Assembly: GCA_977017645.1 (NCBI GenBank)
Contig: OZ360230.1
Span: 74,152,001 to 74,216,000 of the forward strand
Reading direction: 5' to 3'
Source: Torpedo marmorata
Taxonomy: Eukaryota
DNA: 64,000 bases
Positions within the stretch are counted from its first letter, which is position 1. The number at the start of each line of letters is the position of its first letter. The position numbers and the translations under genes are program-made. The notes beneath the pieces were generated by a model. It was not told the DNA's origin and did no database searches. It saw only the letters and a program-made list of their open reading frames with translations. Shown here piece after piece: positions 1 through 13,764 of the stretch.

Positions 1-402
1 TTCACATACAATTCAAAGCCATTTTTATGGTACATCTCCAAGTGGAAAATCTGGTGGAATCACACAAAGAAAGGCATTGTAAAATGGCATAAAGTGTGGT
101 GTCAACCTTTGCACAGTGATGACATGCTAAAATGAAAGGAAACAGACTTGGCTTTATATAGCACCATTCACTATCCAACAGCCTAAGTACAATGTTGTGA
201 GTTTGACTCCTTAAAGGACGCACAATTATACTGATCTGTATGATCTGGCAGTGCCTTGCCAGTTCTTAAGTACAACATGCATCAGGAAATAAGATTATCA
301 TTTAAAGTTTGTCTATTTCTGGGATGTTGTGTATAAAATGGCTGCCTTGTTCTCCAACATTACAACAATATCTTTATTTCAAAAGGATATCAATTGCTGT
401 TA

Positions 403-620
403 AATCAGAATCAGAATCAGAATCAGAATTTATTGTCATGAACAAGTCATGAAATTCGGTGTTTTGTGGCAGCATCATAGTGCAATTAACATTCATATTA
501 ACCATCTTACGACATTACTGTAAAAATTATAAATAATAGTGCACGATAAGTAAGGCAGTGTCTTTGGTTCATTAATTATTCAGGAATCTGATGGCAGCGG
601 GGAAGAAGCTGTCCTTGTGC
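403..620 (-). mobile_element. Rex1/Babar-like LINE 3' end with (ATTCTG)n tail
   Basis: (AATCAG)4.5 at 403-429 is the tail on the minus strand; minus translation near 580-620 gives HKDSFFPAAIRFLN, the typical Rex1-type ORF C-terminus. Confidence 0.7.
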
Positions 621-1675
621 CTTTGTGAAGCTCTAAGATTCTAAATGATATAGTTTAAAAGCAAGAACATTCTCAAAATATTCCATATGCTTGGGGAAGA
701 TGATATTAGAGTGAAGGCTGGTGAAAGTTGAAGTGAAATGTATAGAAACATAATTTCACCTCAATAGGACAGGAAAACTCCTGTGATTTTTGTCTGTCTT
801 TTTTCCAAACTTCAATGAGGCTTTGTTTTCTTCGTCAGGTCCCTCCTTGCATGCAAGGACATAAAAGAGTTGAGAGAAAAGAAGTTGATGCTGAGGAGAG
901 GGTGATGTTGAGGAAGAGGAAGTTATTCCAGGTCTTTGCTTATAACAATAAACAGAACGACACTGAGAACAAGGCTCTTCGTGAGTCCTAACCAGGTGTA
1001 AGGTCCGGGCCCAATGTCCCTTTGACCCAGTCTATGCATAAATCATGACGGGTCACATATTTGTGCACCATTTCAGTAACGTTTTGATCATGGCCAGATG
1101 GGGATGGGGAGAAAATTTGATAATGTCTTTAAAGGGCTTAAAACATGCAGGGCAAGGATTGTTGAGGAATAGGTTGACAACGTGCCTGTTTCCAGGCAAG
1201 GGTTGACAAAAACCATCACCATGGGTTTGGAGTTGTGGACTTTGAACTAATTGGGAGATTATGCAGGACAATCCCACCTACAGGAACCATTTTGATCAGT
1301 TTTAAAGAATGTAAACCATTTGACAACTGGAATTCTGTCTCTGTAACAACCAGAACATAGTCAGCTCCCTGGTGGCAGTATAGAATAGACATTAGACACT
1401 AATCTTCTTATTGGCTTTTGGACCCGACAGGTCAGGATGAAGGCTTCTATGTCTCAAAGGTTTCAGGATCATATCTGTGCCATTGGGCCAACCTGTCCGT
1501 TAATCATTGGGGACACAGATCAGTGCCCAGTGAAATGCCAAGCAGCATGCTTCTCTTCTCGGTACTAGCATGCAGGGGTTAACATGTGGTGTCCAGATAT
1601 CAGCTTCAAAGTGCAGACAGTTGTGGTTCTCTGCAGCATAAGTGGAGGGACAACTCAATCTCACAAATCCCACAG

Positions 1676-1965
1676 GTGCCACAGTGTTGTGGGTGTTAGT
1701 GCTTCTGCCTCACAGCCCCATCAATCAGGGTTTAATCCTGATCTTGAGTGTGTAAAGATTGTTCATTCTCTTTGTAACCACATGCCCTTCAGTTTCATTC
1801 CACATCCCAAGGTTTGCTGATGGATTAATTGCTACTTAATGGAGATCATTGGAAAAAACAAAGGGGAATTAATGGGCATGGATGAGAGAGAACATGTTGC
1901 CAAGAAATGAGGAGAGGGTGAATGGAATTAGTGGGATTGCTTGGTTGGGAGTGGGCAAGACCCCA
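1676..1965 (+). mobile_element. Degenerate tRNA-derived SINE (HE1-like)
   Basis: gttagtgcttctgcctcacagc head with degenerate B box gggtttaatcctg; body similar to copies at 26270 and 40495; boundaries approximate. Confidence 0.65.
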
Positions 1966-2689
1966 ATGTTATCTATACAAGATAAATAACAGAGTATCCC
2001 ATCATGTTTTGAAATATTGGACCAGATGAAGCATTAACAGGGCACATGAAGGAAAACACAGTGACAAAGAATTAGTTGGTGTGGTTAATTTAGAGTTGTA
2101 GACATTAACATGCTTTAAATTCTTTTGCATGGATCTCATACACATAGGCCCCAGATCACGTTGAAAACTGAAGTGTCACAGAATACAGCAGTAGACATAC
2201 AAAAATGTTGGTAGGTTTACCAAAGGAAATAAGCCAAAGAAATAAGCCAAAGCTAGTGAGTTAGATGATATTTCCGGCCAAGCTCTTTGAACTGGGAGAT
2301 ATTTGCTACAGAAATGAGGCAGCTTGAAAAGTTTCTTGGTTTTAATTTTGGAGACCTTATGCTGAATTGTCTCCAAAGTCTGTGTGGCTTTCTCCCATAT
2401 AATGTGCAGATTTACAAACATTTATAAATTATGAGTACACTCAGCACAAATGAAATTGAATTTGTGAGATAGATGTATAATCAAAAAACAGCCTTCAGAT
2501 TCATTTAAATTGTGTAATGTTACTTTGGAGCTACAAGTCGATGGTGAATGCCTCTGTTAATCTTCTTCAAAAATCATGTTTCCACTCTTTGGACAGTGGA
2601 AAATGGAAGATAATTCCAAAATGATTCAATATATTTACCTACATTATCTAGAACAATGCATACATAACAGAATAAAATCGCAGATATAA

Positions 2690-3380
2690 TTTTCCTATTG
2701 GTTGTACATGAAACTGAGCTGTGTCCAAAGTCTTTTGGTAGGATCTAAAAGGAAGCAATAAGCTATTAAAAAGTTAATTCCTCGAACTCTGCATCATGAG
2801 GCTAGACAGAAAGAAAAGACTAGTGGTAAAAGATAGGTATTGAGAGTGACAGAAGCTAGAAACTGGTGGTTTGTCAAGGAACCAAACTACTGTCTCACAA
2901 CTTCTGAATCGTTTAGAATTTGTCAGCAAAATAACTTAATTTCTAAATATGCAGATGATAGCAAATAAAAGGGACAAGGTTGTTATTAATGAGAATAACT
3001 CAAGATATTTTGCTAGGACATTAATAAACTAGAGTGGGAAGTGAAATTTTGGTCAGTGAATTTCAGCTGAGAAGTATGACAAATTTCACATGTAAGGTAA
3101 ATAAGAAGATCACCTATTACATGAAAAGTAAAAATTTAAATGGAGTGGAAAAACAGGGAGTATAAATGACTAAAATTAGCATCAAGGTCAATATCAGAAA
3201 GACAGCATACAATGGGGTTAATTTCTGAAGAGAAAGAATTCAAAAATAGATTCCTTGTGGTTAGAACATGATTGGACTATTGTGCATAATTCCAGTTAGC
3301 GTATTATATAGTAGAATATACAGAGGCAGTCTAGAGGGTTGAGAAAAACAAGTACAAGATGATGCCAGAAATGAGAGATC
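2690..3380 (+). mobile_element. Highly decayed CR1-like LINE remnant
   Basis: ttctaaatatgcagatgata (SK(F/Y)ADD-like) and post-RT CR1-like words (ggactattgtgcataattc, acaagatgatgccag); boundaries approximate. Confidence 0.45.
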
Positions 3381-4081
3381 ATGTCAGGAAAAGATTGACA
3401 TAAATTCCGCTACCCTGAAATTGATCTCTTTTGATAAAATTATCTTCATTGCAGGGAATGCTAGAGCTGGAATGCCTAGCTTCTCTACGCACATACAGAA
3501 GATTTTTAAAAACTGTGGCATGGTTTACAGAGAACCAAAGTAATCCAATTTTTTTCTGAAAGTACATTTGCAATTTTTTTGGCATAAAATTTTTATCACT
3601 TCAACCTTTCAATTTTCACATAAAATATGCTTTTTAGTTGATAAGGCAGCAGTCAAGCGTTGAACCAGTATTTTTCTACATTCCTAGAATACAGAACTTT
3701 TAAAATGTTTATTGTCTTTGAATTGGAAAATTATAGAATCTTGTCCCATTACAAATATTTGGTCACATAATTTAGGCTGTGTGTTGTTTGCAACAGTGTG
3801 GAGTGGTTGCAGTGTCAGAGATGTGGTGCTATAGATAGGCATTGACCTAGGCTCTGTCTGCCCCCTCAGGTGAAGGAAATAAAATTCCATGCCACTAATT
3901 TAAGAAAAGTAGGTGAATTTTCCCAAACATGTTTTGATCAATATTTATGCATCTATCAATATTACCAAAGACATCTAACTTCATTATGACTATACTTCTC
4001 CACATGGGATTTTGGGGTGCACCATTTTAACTCCTGGTTTCAAATATTATGACAATGACTACATTTAAAAGATATGTAAAA

Positions 4082-4262
4082 TTTTGCACAGTTCTGTATG
4101 TTTGTATGTGTGTTTTACACTGTTCTGTATGTCTGTACGAATATTTTGCACCATTCTGCATGTCTGTACACGTGTTTTGCAGTGTTCTGCACCATGGACT
4201 GGAGAACGCTCTTTTGTCAGGTTGTACTGGTACAATCAGATGACAACTAAACTTGAACTTGA
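4082..4262 (+). repeat. 31-bp tandem repeat (3.5 copies) within a Rex-type LINE 3'UTR ending in (ACTTGA)n
   Basis: Units ttttgcac..ttctg.atgt.tgta start at 4082, 4113, 4144, 4175; followed by caatcagatgacaactaaacttgaacttga. Confidence 0.65.
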
Positions 4263-4380
4263 TAATAACATGTGTGTCTCACCTTTTAACTGCACTTCAT
4301 ACAAATTCCTTTGTTGAAATATATAAGTAGCCTTCACAAGATTGCTGCTATGGATTAATTGTGAAGATGCAGATCATTAA

Positions 4381-4623
<243 letters not shown>

Positions 4624-4707
4624 TAATGCATTTGTATGTGTCATGTTGTTAATACACTAAACTCTGCAATTACTGGCAACATTTCAAAAATATATATTGT
4701 TCTTAGT

Positions 4708-4931
4708 CAGCCATTGTCAATGGGGGCCGTACGGCCCCACTGGGGGCCACAGCACATTTAAGGGGGGCCATGGGCTGAAATTCTAAAAAAAAATGTTTTT
4801 TTTCACGTAGTCAATTGGAGAGAAATATGGAAGAAACCAACTAAACTTGACTGCTTCACTGGGAAGGGGGCCCATAAACTTTGAGCAGAGTCCTAAGGGG
4901 GCCAGAGCCAAAAAATGGTTGAGAATGGCTG
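4708..4931. mobile_element. hAT (Charlie-like) MITE
   Basis: TIRs cagccattgtcaa / ttgagaatggctg; decayed 8-bp flanks ttcttagt / ttctattt. Confidence 0.75.
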
Positions 4932-5014
4932 TTCTATTTTGGTTGTTAACTAAATCAGTAAGTTGCACTTTGAGTGGTAAATTTAGTTTAGTCAGTTTAG
5001 ATAATTGCACTCAA

Positions 5015-6120
5015 AATAAAAGGAGCCTGTAGATGCTGGATATTGAAAATGCAAAGAGAAAAGCAACACTATTACAGCACCAGCGACCCATGTTCGAATC
5101 TGCTCTGTCTGTAAGGAGTTTATACTTCCTCCCATGTCCATGTGGGTTTCCTCTGTGTGCTCCTGTTTCCTCCCATATTTCAAAGACATATGGGGTTAGA
5201 AGGTTTAATTGGTCATGTGTGTATATTGGGGCTGCGCAGCTCATAGGCTGGAAGGGCCTGTAATAGTGATATATCTCTAAAATAAATTTAAAAATGCTGG
5301 AAATACTCAACAGGTCAAGCAGGATCTATGGAAAGAGAAGGAGAGTTAATGTGTCAGGTTGATAGGCCTTCGACAAAAACAATAACTCATTTTTTCTTTG
5401 CACTGATACTACATGAGTTGCTGAGTGTTTCCAGCATTTTGTTCTCATATTTTGAACTGGAACAACTGTGGAGAAAGAAACAAAATTAATGTTTCGGGAC
5501 AATGATCTTTCATTAGGCTGTTTTTAAGGCACAGTGAAAGAAGTGGGCAGAAAGGGGTTGGAGATTAGAATCAAAGAGAAAGAAAGGGAAGATCTGCAAT
5601 TGGGTTGAATAGTGATGGTGCCAGTTGCAAGATGATGCAGAGGACATATCAGGAGAGTTTGTATGGAGAAGAAGAACATCATCCAAAATATTGGAAGTGG
5701 AGAGAAACACAATACTTGAATAATGGAATGTGATTATTTATTGAATTCAGTGTTGAGTTGTGAAAGTTGTAGTATCAAGTTGGAAGATGAGAGTTAGGAT
5801 GCCAAACGCTGTTGAGAAAGAGGGAGAGAGAGAAACAAAGACAGAGAGAAAAGTCTGGATCACCCTGGGAGACCAAACGAAGGTATCCTGCAGAGCTGTC
5901 ACCCAATCGACTTTTGGCTTCACTAATGTAGAGATAAGCAACAGAAGCAGCAAGCTATATTGGAACAAAAACAGAAAATGCTGGGAAGATCAACCAGTCA
6001 GGCACTATCTGTGGAAATAAAAACTGTCAACATTTCAAGTTGATGACTTGTCAACAGATTTGAGTTTCAGCATTCTCTGTTTTTGTTGCAGAATTCCAGC
6101 ATCTGCAGCTTTTCTGATAT
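5015..6120 (-). mobile_element. Decayed Penelope-like element(s) with inverted terminal segments
   Basis: Minus strand at ~5880-5935 reads LYISEAKSRLGDS (GIY-YIG YIGET..RL.DRF-like); aaaatgctggaaatactcaacagg and ctgagtgtttccagcatttt terminal words occur in both orientations. Confidence 0.65.
5063..5280 (+). mobile_element. tRNA-derived SINE inserted in the PLE terminus
   Basis: B box atgttcgaatc, body ctgtctgtaaggagttt...tcccatatttcaaagac; same family as 12345 and 33464. Confidence 0.75.
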
Positions 6121-7029
6121 TTGCACTAAATTAGAAGTTTTAGAAGTTGCTACTTCAGGAAATAAATCTGCGGATAGAAATTACTTACAATTCCTGCGAT
6201 GCTTTTTCACAAGTGTTATGGTCTCCCAAATCCATCAACACTTGTCAAACTGCATTGTGCATTGGCCAAATTTTAGTCTGCAAATGAGGATGTGTGCGAT
6301 GACAGAACTTTGAATGCCACAATGAAGGTAGAATTTTTGTTTAAAGATTTCTTCTGAACTCTCCACCGTCTGTAGCAGGCTAGGAGCATTTTGAAGAAGA
6401 AAGCAGGCAATTATATTTTTCCGATCTGTTACATGAACTTACCCCTCTGGATGATTTCACTGCAGTTCTTCAGAAGGGAGTGATATGGTCTTTTTACTGC
6501 CCTGCTTCTTGAGACTAAAATCCCAATGTACATTAAAACATTCTGCAATTTTCGAGTCAACTTGTGGGACTTGTACACTACAATTCCTTTTGGTGCAATG
6601 TTAGCTGTACGTGACCAAACTAGTTTCCATAAAAGGATTTTGCTGGTGGTTAGTGAGCAAGTGGCTGGCAAGCTCTTTTGAGAGTATATTTAAGTCCAGT
6701 TCAAGAATAACAATATTTTCCATCCGTGTAAAAACTAATTTTCTCACCTGTTTATTTTCTATTACTGCTTGCATTCTCTTGATCAATTAACACCTCACAC
6801 TTTATGCAATTCTACACCTTGAATGGTTTACCATACTTTTTAACCATGCTTTGTGCCTTCTACCTGATCCTACCCCATGCCCATAATACAGCACTACTCC
6901 GCCTCCACTACTTGGTATCGCTTACCACTGAAAATGCATGGAGAATTTTTCTATCAAATTCAAATGTTGCACCACCATTAAAATATTTAAAACAACTCAA
7001 GGGGTTTATTGAGCTAGTGTCTCCATTTA

Positions 7030-7725
7030 TGGTTAATGGCAAGATTCTTAACAGTGTGGAAGAATAGAGGGATCTTGTGGTTCAGGTTGATAGATCCCTC
7101 AAGGTTGCAGCACATGTTGATAGGTGGTTAAGAAGACACATGGTGTGCTGGCCTTCATTAGTCAGGGGATTGAGGTCAAGAGCTGTGAGATAATGTTGCA
7201 GCTCCATAAAACTCTAGTTAGACCAAACTTAGAGTATTGTGTTCAGTTCTGGTTTATAGGAAGGATGTGGAAGCTTTAGGGAGAACATGTCTTCTGAAGC
7301 AAGGTTGACCAAGCTACGGCCTTTCTCTTTGGAATGACTGAGGATGAGAGGTGACTTAATGGAGATATACAAGATTATAACAGGCCTAGATAGGGTGGAC
7401 AGCCAAGATATTTTCCACAGGGCAACAGTAGCATATACCAGAGGAAATCTGTTTAAGGTGAGTGGAAGAAAGTTTAGGAGAGATGTCATAGGTATTTTTT
7501 TTCACACAGAGTGGTGGGTGCTTGGAATGCACTGCCGGGAGTGATGATGCAGGCTGGTACAATAGGGACATTTAAAAGACTCTTAGTCTGCATGTAAGAA
7601 AAAATATAGAGGGTTATGGGTGTGAGGCTTGGAAGGATTAGATTGTTGTGAAGTAGGTTTACATAGGTCAGCAAAAAATCAAAATCGTGGGCTGAAGGGC
7701 TGTACTGTGCTGTACAGTTCTATGA
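7030..7725 (+). mobile_element. CR1 LINE 3' fragment
   Basis: ORF 7344-7544 MRGDLMEIYKIITGLDRVD...TRG is the CR1 ORF2 C-terminus; 3' end gggctgaagggctgtactgtgctgtacagttctatg. Confidence 0.85.
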
Positions 7726-10649
7726 TCTTAAGTCAAGGCTGCCTGCTGTATACTGAATATCAAAGTAATTCTCACTCTCTCTCACCAATAGCATGGTTGG
7801 GCTCAAGCATAAAATCCATAACGGAGGGCCTTTTTCAGTGCAGCACAACTCTATGACTCTGAATGTGGATAGGTATGATGATTGGCATAGTCACAAGGGG
7901 CGGAGGGCTTGTTTCTATGCTGCACAACTATGAGCTGAGGCAGGTTGGAATTAGATATTGTGAAGGAAAGGGAAATATGCAATCTTAATGATGTATGGTC
8001 AAATATAACTATAATTACAAATGTATGGTCCAGTTATAAATGTGTTGCTATGGAGAGGGATGGAGTTGATATGTAGGGAAGTCTGTGGCAAAGATTGAAT
8101 ACCATGGTACAGTATTACAATTAGTGGGCACGCAATAATGCTTTCTATTGATCCTGAAAGAGTCTCCGTGAAAGAATCTGGTGATCTCTGTGGCAAAAAT
8201 TTGCCCTTTCCTGATATTTGTTTGCATCAGTGATCATTTCACTTGTTTCCCAGTGACGGTGATACTATCATGCTGTTTGCTCAGCCAAATACATGAAAGA
8301 TTTCTTGGTCAGTACTGTGGGAAAGAAAATGCATAAATGTAAACTAAGATTTGAAAAAAATAAGGAGTAAAGGTAGGAAAAAAATATGTGATTAAAAGAG
8401 AAGCAGAAATGTCATAAATATTCCTGTCTATTTTTAAACCATTCATATTCATCACATTACATTGCACACACGTGACATGTGTTTTAGGGTGAGATGATTT
8501 GGAAAGCAATCCTTATGTGCAAGTAAAATAAAATTCATTTAAATTTTATGCATACGTAAATAAGATTTGTTTGTGTTTTTGTGTGGGACTATTCCCTAAC
8601 TCACTAATAATCCTTGCAATGTACTTTTATTCAGTGGAGAAGATTGTAAATAGTGCAGTCTATGGGATAGATCTGAATAACACAGTAACCTTGAGATTTC
8701 CATATAATAATTTTTATGCAGAAAATTCCTGAAGCTGTCTTGTCTAGTAAGTATGGTGATTGCCAGTAATTCTGCTGTCAATATTACTGCAAAATGAAAT
8801 TAAATATGAAATTAGATATTGTTCAAGCAGTCGGTCAATTTAAGGACAACGGAGGAGTTAATAAGGTCAACAGGAATAAGTAGGTTAATATTAATGAGCC
8901 AATATCAATAACTTGCTCTTCCATAGCACAATATCTCATAGTATCAGAAAACTTATATAGTTTTGAAAGGGGAGAAATTTGTGTTTAAATTTTCTAGTCT
9001 TAAGCATCATTCACAAAATCACCTATCAAATGTGTATTAACAAATGTCAGGTAAAAATGAAATCAAGGTAAAAATGCTACAGGACGCAAGTGTGATGGTT
9101 GGTTCCATTCTGACCGGTCTACCAGTCCCAATGTGCTTAGGGACAGGGTGCCCACAAAATAATTACCGGTAGCTACTTTGCTGAGTTATTAGAGGAATGC
9201 AGACTCAGTGCCATCACAACATCATGTTTAAACTTCTTCAAGTAAAAAGGAAGGGGAAAATAAGCCTTGGGAAATAATTTAACAAAAGTAATTTTTTTTA
9301 CAATGCAATTCTACAAATACTGTATTGGTTCACTTATCCAACATCATAGAAAATTGCTGGAAAATAATGTATTTGTCATTTATCTTTAATATCTGTGATT
9401 TCTATGCAGGCATAAAAAGGAATGAACATGAGTGAAGTACAAGAACTAACACTTTCTTAGTACTTGCCCCTCAGTGCACATAGAAGCCACATTAATGCAG
9501 CAGCTGGCACAGTGTAGCTTTAACCCTATGACTTCTCTGCATTCCTCACAGCTTCATCTGGTCTCATGAGGCCCATCATCTCTTATGTGGCTTGCTGTGA
9601 TCTACTTCCCTGCTAAATTCTTCAGAACAACTAACATATGGATCTTTTACTAAACACAGCATGAATGACAGATTTAAGTCAATCATTGACTTCTTCAGGA
9701 CAGTTCAGTGTTGGGAATTTTACATTTCTCAGACAGTAGGAACACGGAATATGCTAACTTTTATTGAGTTATTTCTTGCAATAAATTTTAACATTTTTAA
9801 ATGACAGTTATACTACCATTCTTTACTCCTTTCAAACCCGAACATAACATCTGGACATCAATAAAACACTCATGGCAGTTAACTGCTGAAGAACTTCAAC
9901 ACGTTTAATACTGCACAATTATCCCACATCCAAAAATAAATCAAAACTTTATGTCATTTTAGAAAACACATTGTTCATGAAAAGAGCAGATTTCAACTGA
10001 TTCAGAATGAGTTCAGTGTTTGTATTAACACCAACACATGAACTGGAACTGTTTCAGTGTCTGATTGCTAAATGTTTTCCCTCATCTGATATTGCAGAAT
10101 TCAACAGTTTGGAGTTTTGTCTAGACTTTTTGATTAAAGGGTCATTTAATTTGGTGGCAGCTCAGATTGAGAATTATAAAATTTTGGTGAGGACACCACC
10201 CTTTGCGTAAACTTTTTGATTTATGCTGAAGACATACCTCGGGAAAGTTTGTTTATGTAATTATTTTTAAAAAAAAATTTATTTGAAGAGTCTGATTGTT
10301 GCCAATAGAGAACTAAATTACAGTATCTCACAATTAAATGAATGCATCATTAAAATTGATATATATATTTATATTTAAAGCGTGTTCCTTGATTTGCCAA
10401 TAAAGCATTTGTCAATTTTCAATAGCTTTAGGTAAACACAATTCCAAATGTAATGGGCTTATTGTCATGTTTTGCTTCACAGTGATTGGATCTTTAGATT
10501 ATTATTTTTCGACATGAATTGTGCATTAGGCTATTCATCCTTGTTTATTTTGATTTTATTTTTCATAGTTTAATTATAATAATAATTGTAGCAAAAGCAA
10601 TTCAATTCAATTAAAATTGTCCTGGAAGTAATCCTGTTTAATTTATTAG

Positions 10650-10815
10650 GTTTGGTTCAGCAACCGCCGAGCTCGTTGGAGGAAACAAGCCGGAGCCAAT
10701 CAACTTCTGGCATTTAATCACCTGATTCCAGGAGGATTCCCACCCACAGCAATGCCAGCACTGTCTCCTTACCAGCTTTCTGATACCAGTTATCCACCCA
10801 CATCCATACCACAGG
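10650..10815 (+). CDS. pax3: Pax3 exon 6 (homeodomain helix 3 with Ser50, start of transactivation region)
   Basis: ttattAG|GTT...CAGG|GTaaag; 166 nt; [55 protein letters not shown]. Confidence 0.98.
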
Positions 10816-11669
10816 GTAAAGCAAGTCCTCAAAGCAAATCTTTAGTGCCTGTGTTCTGACAAAGGATATTTTTACAACAGTTGATCTGAGAACTATTAAA
10901 ATATTCTGTGCCCCAGAGTAAACAAAGGAGCTTTCAAACATGAAAAGTTAGGAGGGGCTTAATAATTGCTTAGGACTATTATGCCAAAACACTGCAAATA
11001 AAAGTGAAATTATCAAGAAGTATGTGAAAGATTTGCCATCTTTTGTGATATTTTCTTTAAAGAACAAAGAGATTAGGGTAGAAATTCACCTTCAGCAGTG
11101 ATCTTTTAATCAGGCACCTGTTTTGTTGTCAGATGACCCTGGCCAGAATACACAATCAAATGGCATGTTGCCCAATCACCATTGCTCATTGATAAAAGAA
11201 AGAACTTGTCTTCTCCAGCGGCAATAGGTATTGGCAAGCTCTCTCGATCCCTAGTTGCAAGGAACTGTGCAGCAGTAGGTCCTTTTGTGATGTAATGGTA
11301 GAACAACATTTAAACTGCGGGCTCATTCTGTTGCAGCTGGTGGTCAAACACTATGAATATTTCTTAAAATGTTTCAAAACAATTGATACATCAAGAAATG
11401 ATTAAAACATGTAAATATATTCAAACAACTTAAATAATGAATGAATATTTACCCCGTTCCCCTTCAGCCTTTCTCTTCCATAATTATCAATGGTCCACAG
11501 TGACTTAGGGTGATCATGCACATTCCCCTCCTTGGGAAATGAACACAACTTGACATATACTTTTGCTGTGTCAAAGCCCATTAGTAAGATTAACTATAAG
11601 TCACTGTATGCAACTTTGTGACTCCCGCATTTGTATGAAAATCCCAGATTAGCCACAGTTACAGATAGA

Positions 11670-12710
11670 TGGAGTCATACAGCACAGCAATGGCTCTTTT
11701 GGTCCACAGCACAGACCTTTTTGCATACCTTCACTAATACTATTTGCCTGCATTACCTCTGTAAACATCCATACCTTGCCAATTTAAATGCCTGTCAAAA
11801 TGTCTCTTAAATATAGTGATTGTCTCTAACTCTACCACCTTCTCTGGCAATGACTGTAAAAAACATCCCCAAATTCCCTCTTAAAAGTTCTTCCTCTCAT
11901 CTCCAACCTTGGCAATCTTGTTTTTGATACCCTACCATGGGAAAAAGATTATGACTATGTAACCCATTTATGCATCTTATAAGTTAATATATATGTATCA
12001 ATTAGATCACCCTCAGCCTCCTTCGCTCCAGGGAAAACAAGGCCAGTCTATCTGACCTCTCCCCATAACCAAAGTCCTCCAATCCAGGCAACATCCTGGT
12101 GAATCTCCTGCGCACTCTCTCCATTGCAACCAAATCCTTCTATGGAGTGGTGACCAGAACTGCACACAATTATCCAAGCATAGTTAAACAAGTGTTTTGT
12201 AAAGTTGCAGCACAACATCCCAACTTTTATATTTTATGGACTGATCTATGAAGAAAAGTATGCCAAATGGTTTCTTCATCTTTCTACTTGTGTTCCCACC
12301 TCAGCGAACAATGTCATTCAACATTTCTTAACACTAAACTATTTTTTTTATACATGCAACACGGTAACAGGTCCTTCCGGCCCATGAGCTCATGCCCCCC
12401 AAATACACCAATTAACCGACAATCCCTGTACGTTATTTTGAAGGGTGAGAGAAAACCAGAGCAACCAGAGAAAACCCACGCAGACACGGGAAGAACGTAC
12501 AAACTACTTACAGATAGCACTGGATTCGAACCCCGGTTGCTGGTGCTGAAATAGCGTTGCGCTAACTGCTACACTAAATGTGCTGCCCACTGCGCTAATC
12601 GTACTATTACTAGATTTGTCCTAAATCTATTTGATTTCCCAAAGTGTTTCACCTCATACTTGTCAGGATTAAATTCCACCTATCAATGCTCTTTTCAACT
12701 TTCATCTGAT
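11670..12710 (-). mobile_element. CR1 LINE 3' fragment, interrupted by a SINE
   Basis: agatcaccctcagcctccttcgctccagggaaaac and gtgaccagaactgcacacaa are antisense CR1 words (RRLRGDL, CVQFWSP). Confidence 0.8.
12345..12605 (-). mobile_element. tRNA-derived SINE
   Basis: Minus-strand B box gggttcgaatcc; same body as 33464-33709. Confidence 0.85.
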
Positions 12711-13764
12711 CTTAATGGATAATGCACACTGCAATAACTATGTCAGTCCGTTCCACTGGTTTAAATATCGGATCAGATACTATCTATTGTCATGTAATAA
12801 AACAGAAACGTAATATTACACAAAATTGCCTTTAGTGTGCCATAAGGCAGACAAAGATTTTCTATTAGCATTGTCCAACGCCCCTTACAGTCTGAATATA
12901 GAACTGAATATCAAAAGGGATAGTAAGTGGCTGATACTGTAACTTCTTTTGCCATTACCACACAAATTGAATTTTGCTCTCACCTTATTGCAAAGCTTTA
13001 TACATTGAGTGTCCTCAATTCCTATTGTAAAATTAGTGTAAAAAGAATACCCAATGTTCACTTTAAATTGTGAGCTAACTAAACTGTCCCGAACAATTGT
13101 TATTCATTTGTTTTGATCCACCATAATGCAGTTTTCCTTTTGTCTTGATCTCTGTGCCTACAAGGCTTCTCTGCAGGATTCTTAAAAGCAGTTTGAAGTT
13201 TTACCTGCAATCATTCCTTCCAGATGTTGCATGGCATTGAAGGAACCTTTGGTTATGATAAACAGCTATGAAGCAACTTTAGGGTGTACATGCATTCAAG
13301 CATTCTTCGGTGAATGAGATGGCACTAGAATTTGGAACCCTTACCATTGTGAGACCTGGTGTCACTCTTAATCGCTTTGAGCTTAAATGATGTTAGAGAG
13401 AATAAAATAATATAATTTTCCTTGCTCCAGTGATGGAAAATTTCCTCTGATCTCTGTGCACCAAAATTATAAGCTTGCTTCTTAAAGAGTTTTACCAGTG
13501 TCACTAATCTCACAGATGAAATTATTCCCCATCAATGTGTTTGCTCAATTTTACCTCTCTTCAATACCAGTGTAACATTTGCTTTGTCTTCCCATCTTAA
13601 ATAAGTGGGGTGAAGGGTAGTGGCAGAGGGGAGTGTGACGAATGGTGGTAAATCAGCAAACTTTTTTTCATTGTAGCAATTTTCATTTTGCTGAAGTTGC
13701 TCAATTTGTGCTATCACCAAAGACCTACATGAGACATTCAGTTAAGGTTGGATTTGCATTCTCT

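Noticed and set aside
4082-4192. 31-bp periodic repeat as a CRISPR-like array
   Set aside because: Head-to-tail degenerate units with no unique spacers, inside a LINE 3'UTR in a vertebrate intron
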